This document shows, one piece after another, positions 1-7,444 of a DNA stretch of 64,000 bases. Below the pieces are notes generated by a model. The model was not told the origin of the DNA. It was given only the letters and a program-made list of their open reading frames with translations, and made no database searches. Position numbers and translations under genes: made by a program. Source of the stretch: an uncultured Ignavibacteriales bacterium. Lineage in GTDB: Bacteria; Zixibacteria; MSB-5A5; GN15; FEB-12. Position 1 is the stretch's first letter; every line of letters begins with the position of its first letter. Where the stretch lies: contig CAYXJN010000007.1 of the NCBI GenBank assembly GCA_964464605.1, positions 1-64,000 of the forward strand. The letters are read 5' to 3'.

Positions 1-54
1 GAACCCCGATTCTACGGTCCAGAGCCGCATGTCCTACCGTTGGACGATCTCCCA
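1..54 (-). tRNA. tRNA-Gln (anticodon CTG), 3' end cut off by the window edge
   Basis: Reverse complement reads TGGGAGATCGTCCAACGGTAGGACATGCGG-CTCTGGA-CCGTAGAATCGGGGTTC: D arm, anticodon loop CT-CTG-GA and the start of the T arm (GGTTC). Confidence 0.93.
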
Positions 55-129
55 GAACAAATTCGCTGTAAATGGCTGATCTAACCCGAAAGTCCGCGTA
101 TCAGCCGGACGGGAATATACGGCTTGGGG

Positions 130-807
130 TTACGATGTCAACTTCGGCTGTCGCTTTTTCTCTAACCAGCCGGTAATCCAAAAGAGCGCGATGAACATGA
201 TAAACCCGGAAAGCACCATCATACTGATATCCGGCGGAGGAGGACCGAATATTGTGGAAACCCACATGCCTACCAGCAAAATGGCGAACAGCCACCATCC
301 CCAATTTCCTGCTTTGGTTTTCGCTTTCGTGCCAGTCATATAGAGCAAAAATCCGCCTAAAAATAATCCGATTTCGATAATCAGAGTCAGCGGCACACTC
401 CCCCATATTTCCAGTCCGATTTTAGGAGAATCACCGAAACTCAGCGGCATATCGGCGCGGTGTACTAACACATCGAGCGGATAATGCGAAAAGACCAAAA
501 CGCCCATCACCCGCGCAGAGCAATTCGGGTCAGGATGATTGCGAAAAAACCAGAACCGGAATATCAGATAGACAACCAGACTCCATCCGATCGTCGCTAC
601 CAAACTGTGCGTGTATGGGTAATATTGAAAATCCAGATGATTGGTCGGTAAAATTCCCGGCGATACCGCTACCTTTTCAATCCCAAGCCAGACAAACAGG
701 CCCCAGGCAACATCGACAAGCTGCACCGCCAAAAACAAAAGCCACAACGGAACACGATTGCGCACCCGTTTGGCGGCAAACGCAACTCCGAAATGACCGA
801 TGAACAT
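130..807 (-). CDS. Membrane-bound metal-dependent hydrolase-like protein (YdjM-like)
   Basis: N-terminal MFIGH, LVD, YTHSL and SHYPLD motifs with several hydrophobic helices. Confidence 0.6.
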   Translation of the reverse strand: MFIGHFGVAFAAKRVRNRVPLWLLFLAVQLVDVAWGLFVWLGIEKVAVSPGILPTNHLDFQYYPYTHSLVATIGWSLVVYLIFRFWFFRNHPDPNCSARVMGVLVFSHYPLDVLVHRADMPLSFGDSPKIGLEIWGSVPLTLIIEIGLFLGGFLLYMTGTKAKTKAGNWGWWLFAILLVGMWVSTIFGPPPPDISMMVLSGFIMFIALFWITGWLEKKRQPKLTS

Positions 808-827
808 GCTGTCGCAATTCTACTTAG

Positions 828-1478
828 TTATTTGAGATTATGAACGAGCTTCACTAAATCAGCGCGATTCTGTGAACCGAAAAACGCATTCCCCATCACG
901 AGTATATCCGCACCGGCATCGGCAATCCGCTTGGCGTTGTTTGCATCGACACCGCCGTCGACTTCGATTTTCGTGCGCAGGCCATGTTTGTCGATAAACT
1001 CCCGCGCTTCGGCAATTTTCGGAATAGCTGATTCGATAAACTTCTGCCCGCCGAAACCGGGATTAACCGACATGACTAACAGCAATTCAAACTGCTCTAT
1101 ATACGGCAGCACTGCTTTCAACTCCGTCGGCGGGTTGAGTGAAATTCCGGCCTGAATACCAAGTTCATGCAGACGTTTAGCATGTTTGGTCGGGTTTGGG
1201 TGTACTTCGATATGAAAGGTGATATTGTCCGCGCCTGCTTTGACAAACGGCTCAAAATATTTTTCCGGTTCACTCAGCATCAAGTGAACGTCCAGAAACT
1301 TTTCGGTTGTGTTGTTGATGACATTGACGATCGCCGGACCGAAAGAAATGTTCGGTACGAAATGCCCATCCATAATGTCGAGATGAAACAAATCTGCCCC
1401 GGTGTCGACGACACTTTTAATATCGTCGGAGAGGCTACCAAAATTGGCTGACAAAACTGATGGCGCAATACGAACCAT
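828..1478 (-). CDS. rpe: Ribulose-phosphate 3-epimerase
   Basis: IAPSVLSA, HLDIMDGHFVPN, DVHLM, MSVNPGFGGQ and EVDGG motifs. Start placed at ATG 1478. Confidence 0.97.
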   Translation of the reverse strand: MVRIAPSVLSANFGSLSDDIKSVVDTGADLFHLDIMDGHFVPNISFGPAIVNVINNTTEKFLDVHLMLSEPEKYFEPFVKAGADNITFHIEVHPNPTKHAKRLHELGIQAGISLNPPTELKAVLPYIEQFELLLVMSVNPGFGGQKFIESAIPKIAEAREFIDKHGLRTKIEVDGGVDANNAKRIADAGADILVMGNAFFGSQNRADLVKLVHNLK

Positions 1479-1533
1479 GACGGGCAAAAGTATACCGAAA
1501 TCGCGCGAACAGCAACGGGAAGAATGAACTTTT

Positions 1534-2478
1534 CTACTTTGTCTGATTGTTCTGAACGATTCGTGCCGTCCGCTGCATGTTGACCAGTTTCGGGCGAGTT
1601 AAGGGCGTTCCGGCGAACTTGGCTTTGAAGTCCTCTTCGGACTGCATGCTCAAAATCATTTTCGTATCCAAAAACTCCCCTGCCCCGCTTTGCGGCATAA
1701 ACTCAGTGTGCTGAGTCGTAATCGCGCGGCCATTGTGGGGGCACACTTCCTGACAAATATCGCAGCCGAACATCAGATCCCCCATCGCCGCGGCGAGTGT
1801 TTCGGAAATAGATGAGGGCCTTTCGATCGTGAGATACGAAATACAACGGTTGGCATTAATAACCCCATCTTCCACTATCGCCTGAGTCGGACAGGCTTCG
1901 ATACAGCGACGGCATTCCCCGCACCGCCCATGATTGACTGCGTATTGATCATCAGGCTCTAAATCGAGCGTGGTTAAAATTTCGGCGAGAAAAATCCATG
2001 ACCCGAACTGGCGATTAATCAGCATCGAGTTTTTCCCGATGTACCCAAGCCCCGCTTTCACCGCGTATGGCCGTTCTAAAAAAGGACCGTAATCAACATA
2101 CGTTAAAAACTTCTCATCGGCCGATACTTGCGCTGTTATTGAATCAATCATCCGCTTTGATTTTTCTTCGATTACGCTGTGGTAGTCTCTTCCCCGCGCG
2201 TATCGGCTGACTCTTCCATGATCAGGCGGCGTTTCGTTGTTCGGCTGATAATAATTGAGACCGAGCATGACTACGGAACGAACATCAGCAAGCAACTGCT
2301 GCAAATCGGTTCTTCGTTCGGTGTTGCGGGCAATCCAGTGCATTTCACCGTGAAAGCCCTGCGCAATCCATGACTCCAACCGTTCTTTTGCTTCCGGAAT
2401 ATTCTCGGCAGCAGTAATACCGCAAAGATCAAACCCGGAATCATAGGCGAGCTGTTTAATGTCGGATGATTTCAGCAT
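1534..2478 (-). CDS. queG: Epoxyqueuosine reductase
   Basis: SRYARGRDYH, AGLGYIGKN, CGECRRCIEACPT, RCISYLTIE and GCDICQEVCP iron-sulfur motifs. Confidence 0.95.
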   Translation of the reverse strand: MLKSSDIKQLAYDSGFDLCGITAAENIPEAKERLESWIAQGFHGEMHWIARNTERRTDLQQLLADVRSVVMLGLNYYQPNNETPPDHGRVSRYARGRDYHSVIEEKSKRMIDSITAQVSADEKFLTYVDYGPFLERPYAVKAGLGYIGKNSMLINRQFGSWIFLAEILTTLDLEPDDQYAVNHGRCGECRRCIEACPTQAIVEDGVINANRCISYLTIERPSSISETLAAAMGDLMFGCDICQEVCPHNGRAITTQHTEFMPQSGAGEFLDTKMILSMQSEEDFKAKFAGTPLTRPKLVNMQRTARIVQNNQTK

Positions 2479-2483
2479 ATATA

Positions 2484-2492
2484 AGTATAGCA
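2484..2492 (-). promoter_or_regulatory. Extended -10 element (TGcTATACT) 5 nt upstream of the queG ATG
   Basis: Minus strand reads TGC-TATACT-tatat-ATG with no Shine-Dalgarno sequence. Confidence 0.55.
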
Positions 2493-2528
2493 GATATCAA
2501 CTGCCCCGGCCGGACTTTTTCCCGTTTC

Positions 2529-2557
2529 GGCAAACCGGTTCACTGCGGAGGTTTGCC
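2529..2557. promoter_or_regulatory. Inverted repeat GGCAAACC-N13-GGTTTGCC, candidate enhancer-binding-protein site
   Basis: Perfect 8-bp arms about 50 bp upstream of a sigma-54 motif. Confidence 0.45.
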
Positions 2558-2607
2558 CATATTGCACCTAACTCCTTACAGAACACTACAAAACAAATTT
2601 GTACCGA

Positions 2608-2623
2608 TGGCCTGTCGCTTGCA
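2608..2623 (+). promoter_or_regulatory. Sigma-54 (-24/-12) promoter of the PEP-CTERM gene
   Basis: TGGCCTGTCGCTTGCA has the exact GG-N10-GC spacing. Confidence 0.7.
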
Positions 2624-2676
2624 GAGAGAGGGCTGACTACATGGGTTACACAAACCTTATTCGAATGGAGGTACGC

Positions 2677-3384
2677 ATGAATCTACGTCGCTGGCGCAAT
2701 CTTCTGGCGACAGGTCTGCTTGCGCTGTTGGCGTTGCCTATGGCCGCCAACTCATTTTCTATTTCGGCAACCCACTTTCAGGGTGCGGTAGCCTACAAAC
2801 CGGGAGGCGGCGCCGGTGCGGTTCTTGGCTTAGCCAATCCGCAAATCGCCTCACTCCTTGGCGGCACGGCAATGAGCTACAATGCCGCCGCGCTCGTATC
2901 ATTTAACTTCTCCGTAGCTCCTACCTATCCGACGCCTTTCGATGTGCAGTCCGCTCCGGACAAGCAGTGGAAATGGTCGTTAAGCGCTCATGATTTCAAA
3001 CTTCCGTCTATTCTCGGCGGGGCACCGCTTCCGGAAATTAACGTCAGCAAACAAGCATCCTACAATCAGGTGCTGGCTGGCGCAATGTGGGCGCAAACCC
3101 AGGTCTCACAGGCTTTGGGTGGACAAATCGGATGGGGCTGGGCGATTCATTGGACTACAGCGACAACCGGTATCGGCTACTTGGCAGTGGCCGCCAATCT
3201 AAACCCGGCCTGGCTTCCGGGTGGCGGACAAATGCCGTTCTATAGTGCGTTCGATGCCGGCAAAGGAACTATCGATGCCTCGGTCGAGGCTGTTCCTGAA
3301 CCGCTGACAATGGTCTTGTTCGGCTCCGGTCTGGCAGGCATGGGGATAGCTCGGTTCCGTCGCAAAAAAAGCGCGGTAAACTAA
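2677..3384 (+). CDS. PEP-CTERM (exosortase-sorted) surface protein
   Basis: GGAGG RBS before ATG 2677; N-terminal signal peptide; C-terminus VPEP-LTMVLFGSGLAGMGI-ARFRRKK (PEP motif, TM helix, basic tail). Confidence 0.9.
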   Translation: MNLRRWRNLLATGLLALLALPMAANSFSISATHFQGAVAYKPGGGAGAVLGLANPQIASLLGGTAMSYNAAALVSFNFSVAPTYPTPFDVQSAPDKQWKWSLSAHDFKLPSILGGAPLPEINVSKQASYNQVLAGAMWAQTQVSQALGGQIGWGWAIHWTTATTGIGYLAVAANLNPAWLPGGGQMPFYSAFDAGKGTIDASVEAVPEPLTMVLFGSGLAGMGIARFRRKKSAVN

Positions 3385-3406
3385 GCTGATTAATTGGAAT
3401 TAACCC

Positions 3407-3436
3407 AAAAGCCGCCGCGTCAAAGCGGCGGCTTTT
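3407..3436 (+). terminator. Intrinsic terminator (bidirectional geometry)
   Basis: AAAAGCCGCCGC-gtcaaa-GCGGCGGCTTTT directly after the PEP-CTERM gene. Confidence 0.85.
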
Positions 3437-3600
3437 GATTAATTGTGAGCGGCTGAAATTACCATAACGTATTGTGGTGAAACCACTTATTTTCTTGTCG
3501 CGGGGGTTGTTTTTCTGCCGATAATTATTGTATATTGGAGCGCAACAGTTTCTTACGATTAACGTTAGAATTTCTATATCCATATAAAGTGAGGTGTGCC

Positions 3601-4884
3601 ATGACAGAGATTACGACCGCCAAACATCCGGTAACTGGTTTTACCAGTTTTTCAGATCAAATGATTTTCGATTTTGAAAACACCTATGGCGCAAATCACT
3701 ATAGTCGTCAGAAACTCGTCGTTCGCACGACCGAAGGCGCCTGGCTGTACAGCATGGATGGCAAGAAATATCTCGATCTGCTGGCTGCGTATTCTGCCGC
3801 AAATCCGGGACATCATCATCCAAAGATCGTCGCTGCCTTGGTTGAAGCGCTTCAAGGTCACTATGCCGGTGTTATCTCGAACGTGCTTTATACCGATGCG
3901 TTAGCGATGATGCTCAAGCGTGTCGCTACGTTGGTTCCGCAGCTTGGTACCCGTTTCGGTGAAAACGGCAACAAGGTGCTTGCGAAAAACGGCGGTGTGG
4001 AATCCTGCGAAACGGCGATCAAGTTCGCCCGTTACTATGGTTACAAGCATAAGGGTATCGTCGATGGCAAACAGGAAGTGATCGTTTATGATAACAACTT
4101 CCATGGCCGTATGCTGACTACCGTTTCTTATTCTTCACACGAAAAATACAAAAAAGGATTCGGCCCGCTTACACCGGGATTTGTCGCTGTTCCGTTCGGC
4201 GATTTAGCCGCTACCGAAAAAGCGATCACTCCGAACACCTGCGCTATCTGGGTGGAAACGATGCAGGCTGAAGGCGGCATGTACCCACCGCCGGCGGGAT
4301 TCTTAAAAGGTCTTCGTGAACTGTGCGATAAGCATGATATCATTTTGATGTTCGACGAAATTCAGGTCGGTCTCGGCCGTACCGGTAAAATGTTCTGCTT
4401 CGAACATGAAAATGTTGTTCCGGATGCTATCACCCTCGGCAAAGCGCTCTCAGGCGGTTTGGTGCCGGTCTCGGCATTCGTTACCAATCGTAAGCTAATG
4501 GATGAAGTCTTCCAGCCCGGTATGGAAGGTTCCACCTACGGCGGTTACCCGCTCGCGTGCGTAGCAGTAAACGCCGCGCTTGATGTTATTGAGCAGGACA
4601 ACCTTGCCGAACGTTCCGCTGAACTCGGAACGGTTCTTAAGAAGCGGATTTTAGAAATCGCCTCCCGTTCCTCGCATGTCAAAGAGGTACGCGGTGAAGG
4701 ATTGTTTATCGGTATTGAAGTGAACGATGGTGACGCGATGGCGTACTGCCGCAAGATGCTCGATTACGGTATTCTGGCGAACGATTCACACGGTCACACG
4801 ATCCGTGTTTCTCCACCGCTCATTATCACGAATGCGGAAATCGACTATATCTGCGAACGCCTCGAAAAGGTGCTTATCGGGTAA
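3601..4884 (+). CDS. rocD: Ornithine--oxo-acid aminotransferase (class III PLP-dependent)
   Basis: YLDLLAAYSAANPGH, NFHGR, FDEIQVGLGRTG, LGKALSGG and GSTYGG motifs; GAGGT RBS before ATG 3601. Confidence 0.8.
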   Translation: MTEITTAKHPVTGFTSFSDQMIFDFENTYGANHYSRQKLVVRTTEGAWLYSMDGKKYLDLLAAYSAANPGHHHPKIVAALVEALQGHYAGVISNVLYTDALAMMLKRVATLVPQLGTRFGENGNKVLAKNGGVESCETAIKFARYYGYKHKGIVDGKQEVIVYDNNFHGRMLTTVSYSSHEKYKKGFGPLTPGFVAVPFGDLAATEKAITPNTCAIWVETMQAEGGMYPPPAGFLKGLRELCDKHDIILMFDEIQVGLGRTGKMFCFEHENVVPDAITLGKALSGGLVPVSAFVTNRKLMDEVFQPGMEGSTYGGYPLACVAVNAALDVIEQDNLAERSAELGTVLKKRILEIASRSSHVKEVRGEGLFIGIEVNDGDAMAYCRKMLDYGILANDSHGHTIRVSPPLIITNAEIDYICERLEKVLIG

Positions 4885-4905
4885 GAAGACAAAACATGAC
4901 ATTCC

Positions 4906-4933
4906 AAAAGCCGGTTGCAAGACCGGCTTTTTT
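4906..4933 (+). terminator. Intrinsic terminator after rocD
   Basis: AAAAGCCGGTT-GCAA-GACCGGCTTTTTT. Confidence 0.85.
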
Positions 4934-4979
4934 ATTGTTAACTGTCTCAAATATGTTGAAAGTTCTTGGGGACATATCC

Positions 4980-5723
4980 ATGAGAAAAACATTCGAGAAA
5001 GTGACTCTGCTTATCTTTTCCTGGTTCTGTCTAAACCAATCAGTTCATGCGAATGTGCAAAGCGCAATAATAGATAGTAGCAGTTTACTCAAAATCACTA
5101 TACACGCAACTAATACGGGTTTTAGCACTACTTTAAGTCGTATCTATACCGATTCTACTTCATCTCATATTATTTCAGAAGCTGACTTTCGTGACAACCA
5201 AGTGTCAACCTACGGTATTAATTGCCACACACCAACTACTCTTAAAAAATATTACGATAATTTCAAATTACAGGAAGCAGATCCGGAGTTTGCGGGTGGT
5301 GACGCATTCTTGAGTATTTGGGACTATCCAGAAGAATTCAAAAAACAAAAAGATGCGTTTTTAGGCATTGACTCTGCCCCTACGTATCAATTCCAAAAAA
5401 TCGGAACCCACCTATACACATCAAAATGTGACCATAGTGAACTGTGCGGATGTTACGTAGCCACTTATTTAACATTCGTAGATACGGTTCGAGTAACCAT
5501 TCATCTGCAACTAGTGTCAAATACTGAAGCCCAAGCAACTGCGTACGAATTACACAAGACGCTGTTACAAGAAATGCGTGTCCGATATGATTCAACGAAC
5601 AACCCACTCATCTTGGATTCATGTAATACGCTTGAAAGTAATCGTCCAAAAATTATTTGTGAGAGTTTAAAAACGATATTTGATTTGTTTGTCAGCCATA
5701 TAGTTATCGACTATAAACCATAA
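4980..5723 (+). CDS. Hypothetical exported protein, AT-rich
   Basis: 247-aa ORF with a signal-peptide-like N-terminus (MRKTFEKVTLLIFSWFCLNQSVHA); family not recognised. Confidence 0.65.
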   Translation: MRKTFEKVTLLIFSWFCLNQSVHANVQSAIIDSSSLLKITIHATNTGFSTTLSRIYTDSTSSHIISEADFRDNQVSTYGINCHTPTTLKKYYDNFKLQEADPEFAGGDAFLSIWDYPEEFKKQKDAFLGIDSAPTYQFQKIGTHLYTSKCDHSELCGCYVATYLTFVDTVRVTIHLQLVSNTEAQATAYELHKTLLQEMRVRYDSTNNPLILDSCNTLESNRPKIICESLKTIFDLFVSHIVIDYKP

Positions 5724-5770
5724 CATCAAATCTAATATTTTTGTAAAACCTCATAAAAACCGGGAACTTT

Positions 5771-5790
5771 TATATGCATAAATGCGTATA
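5771..5790. promoter_or_regulatory. Probable ArsR/SmtB operator (imperfect 9-2-9 inverted repeat)
   Basis: TATATGCAT-AA-ATGCGTATA, 15 nt upstream of the ArsR start; ArsR/SmtB repressors typically bind such AT-rich repeats at their own promoter. Confidence 0.55.
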
Positions 5791-5805
5791 TATGTATAGA
5801 AACCG

Positions 5806-6213
5806 ATGAAAACGACCAAAAAAGATAAGCTGTCCGCCAACTTCATGAAGGCGATGGGTGACCCGACCCGGCTGAAAATCCTGCTTATGCTCGAGGGTAA
5901 AGCCCGGTCAGTCAACGAGATAGTCAGCTTTTTCAATCTCTCTCAGCCGACTATCACCCGGCATTTGCAGACTCTTGCCTCAGCCGGATTGGTGAACCGG
6001 ACCAAAGAGGGACAAACGGTTTATTATCAAGTATCTCCAGAGACGATGCAGAGTTTGTGCTGTAATCTGGTCGCCTGTTTCCCCTGCTGCTCGGTGACCA
6101 TTACGCCAAACGCCTGCTGCAGCGATTCGCTGCCGTTGAAATTTGAAAAGACTCCCTATAAAGGAGAATCGAATACAAAAACGAAAGCAAACCGGAAAGG
6201 AGGAAAACGATGA
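5806..6213 (+). CDS. ArsR/SmtB family transcriptional repressor with Cys-rich C-terminus
   Basis: KAMGDPTRLKIL, LSQPTITRHLQTL and GQTVYY winged-helix motifs; tail with three CC pairs. Confidence 0.92.
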   Translation: MKTTKKDKLSANFMKAMGDPTRLKILLMLEGKARSVNEIVSFFNLSQPTITRHLQTLASAGLVNRTKEGQTVYYQVSPETMQSLCCNLVACFPCCSVTITPNACCSDSLPLKFEKTPYKGESNTKTKANRKGGKR

Positions 6214-6260
6214 TCCGGTATGCCATCCCGCGTGTCGCCCATTGTTGCGGCGGCTCGTAG
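6210..6260 (+). CDS. Putative 16-aa Cys-Cys micropeptide MIRYAIPRVAHCCGGS
   Basis: AGGAGG RBS inside the ArsR 3' end; ATGA overlap with the ArsR stop; TAG at 6258-6260. Too short for the ORF track. Confidence 0.6.
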   Translation: MIRYAIPRVAHCCGGS

Positions 6261-6320
6261 CGAGTGTCCTGAGCATGACGTAAAACTGCCCTGATAACGT
6301 TGTAATCGATTACAGATATG

Positions 6321-6351
6321 AAGGCGGAAGATGAAAGTCTTCCGCTTTTTT
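6321..6351. terminator. Intrinsic terminator between the convergent ArsR and mre/EamA units
   Basis: GCGGAAGA-tgaaag-TCTTCCGC followed by a T tract. Confidence 0.8.
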
Positions 6352-6520
6352 ATTTTTCAGAATCCAGTTCCGGCTCTAATGGTTCATCATCGACAATCGG
6401 CTTCTTCCCTGTCCCTTTGCATTTCGGACAGATCACCGAACCCATCGCCATCGTAATCATCCCCGCGCCATTGCAGTCGGGGCATTTATCCGGATTGAGA
6501 ATATCATCGAGGTTCGTCAT
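6350..6520 (-). CDS. 56-aa DnaJ-type zinc-finger microprotein
   Basis: Hand translation MTNLDDILNPDKCPDCNGAGMITMAMGSVICPKCKGTGKKPIVDDEPLEPELDSEK; two CxxCxGxG repeats; ATGA overlap with the EamA stop. Not in the ORF track. Confidence 0.8.
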   Translation of the reverse strand: MTNLDDILNPDKCPDCNGAGMITMAMGSVICPKCKGTGKKPIVDDEPLEPELDSEK

Positions 6521-7437
6521 ACGGCTTCTTCAATGCTAAGGTCTCTTGCTTTCTTTTTCACCGACCCGGCAAAGATAGCAGCCAGTGTGACTATCATGCC
6601 AACGATTTGTAAGGGGGTGAGCATCTCGGCAAACAGAATCGCCCCCCACACGGTCGCAAGAACTGGCTGCAAGAGCAGAATCAACCCGCCGGTTGCACCG
6701 GTCATTTTCGGCAATGATGTCGATATTGCCCACCAGCCGATCGCCTGCGGGATCAACGCCATGCTGAACAGGACAATATAGCTGTACGTATCCGGCGGCC
6801 AGAACGGATGTGTCTCAAAGGCGCACACGATTGCGAGAAAAATCGCGGTAAACAATGATGACCATGCCATCAACACGATCATCGAAACCTTCTCTTTCCT
6901 GTGTCCGCCGCTTTTGACTGCGATAATATACCAGGCATAGAAAAAGCCGGTCAGGATGCCGAAGAACGTCCCACGTAAATAAGTAGCCGTAAACTCGATA
7001 TTACTCCCCACCCCTATCAGCAGCACTACTCCGGCAATCGCCGTAAGCGCCGCGAGAAAGAAACGGAAAGACAGCTTTTCTTTAAAAAAGAAATAGCTCA
7101 AAATTGCGGTGCTGAATACCTGGGTGTTTCCTAAAATTGTCGCCATTCCGGCGCCGACCACGAAAATCGAGCGATGCCAGCAGAACAGATCGCCGGCGAA
7201 GGCGGCTCCCGCGAACAACGCCCAGAACATCACCGGTCGTGGCAGTGTAAGGGGAACGCGAGTGAATGCTGCCCAGGCAAAAAGAATAAGTGCACCCAAA
7301 AAGGTGCGCCAAAATCCGATAGCCGTCGGGCCAATCAAATTGACATCGAGCATTTTGACCTGTACCGATGAAACTGAGATACAGACAGTCCCGAAGATGA
7401 ACAACCAGAGACTGCTGCGTGAGGCGAGTGCTTTCAC
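6517..7437 (-). CDS. EamA/DMT family transporter
   Basis: About ten TM helices in two repeats; FFFKEKL and LLQPVLATVWGAILFAE motifs. GTG start at 7437 chosen to avoid overlap with rodA. Confidence 0.88.
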   Translation of the reverse strand: MKALASRSSLWLFIFGTVCISVSSVQVKMLDVNLIGPTAIGFWRTFLGALILFAWAAFTRVPLTLPRPVMFWALFAGAAFAGDLFCWHRSIFVVGAGMATILGNTQVFSTAILSYFFFKEKLSFRFFLAALTAIAGVVLLIGVGSNIEFTATYLRGTFFGILTGFFYAWYIIAVKSGGHRKEKVSMIVLMAWSSLFTAIFLAIVCAFETHPFWPPDTYSYIVLFSMALIPQAIGWWAISTSLPKMTGATGGLILLLQPVLATVWGAILFAEMLTPLQIVGMIVTLAAIFAGSVKKKARDLSIEEAV

Positions 7438-7444
7438 AAAGGTA

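Noticed and set aside
1..130. tRNA-Gln as a possible island integration site
   Set aside because: Its 3' end and downstream flank lie outside the window, and I saw no integrase or duplicated tRNA fragment inside it.
3441..3460. AATTGTGAGCGG matches the first 12 nt of the E. coli lac operator
   Set aside because: The right half (CTGAAATT) does not match, no vector sequence flanks it and no LacI-family gene is in the window. Probably chance, though a native operator for rocD cannot be excluded.
6258..6272. Possible stop-codon read-through (Pyl/Sec) of the micropeptide TAG
   Set aside because: A TGA follows after only three more codons, and nothing in the window indicates recoding machinery.
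6318..6539. 73-aa plus-strand ORF after the ArsR unit
   Set aside because: It runs through the terminator and is antisense to the better-supported CxxCxGxG microprotein at 6350-6520.
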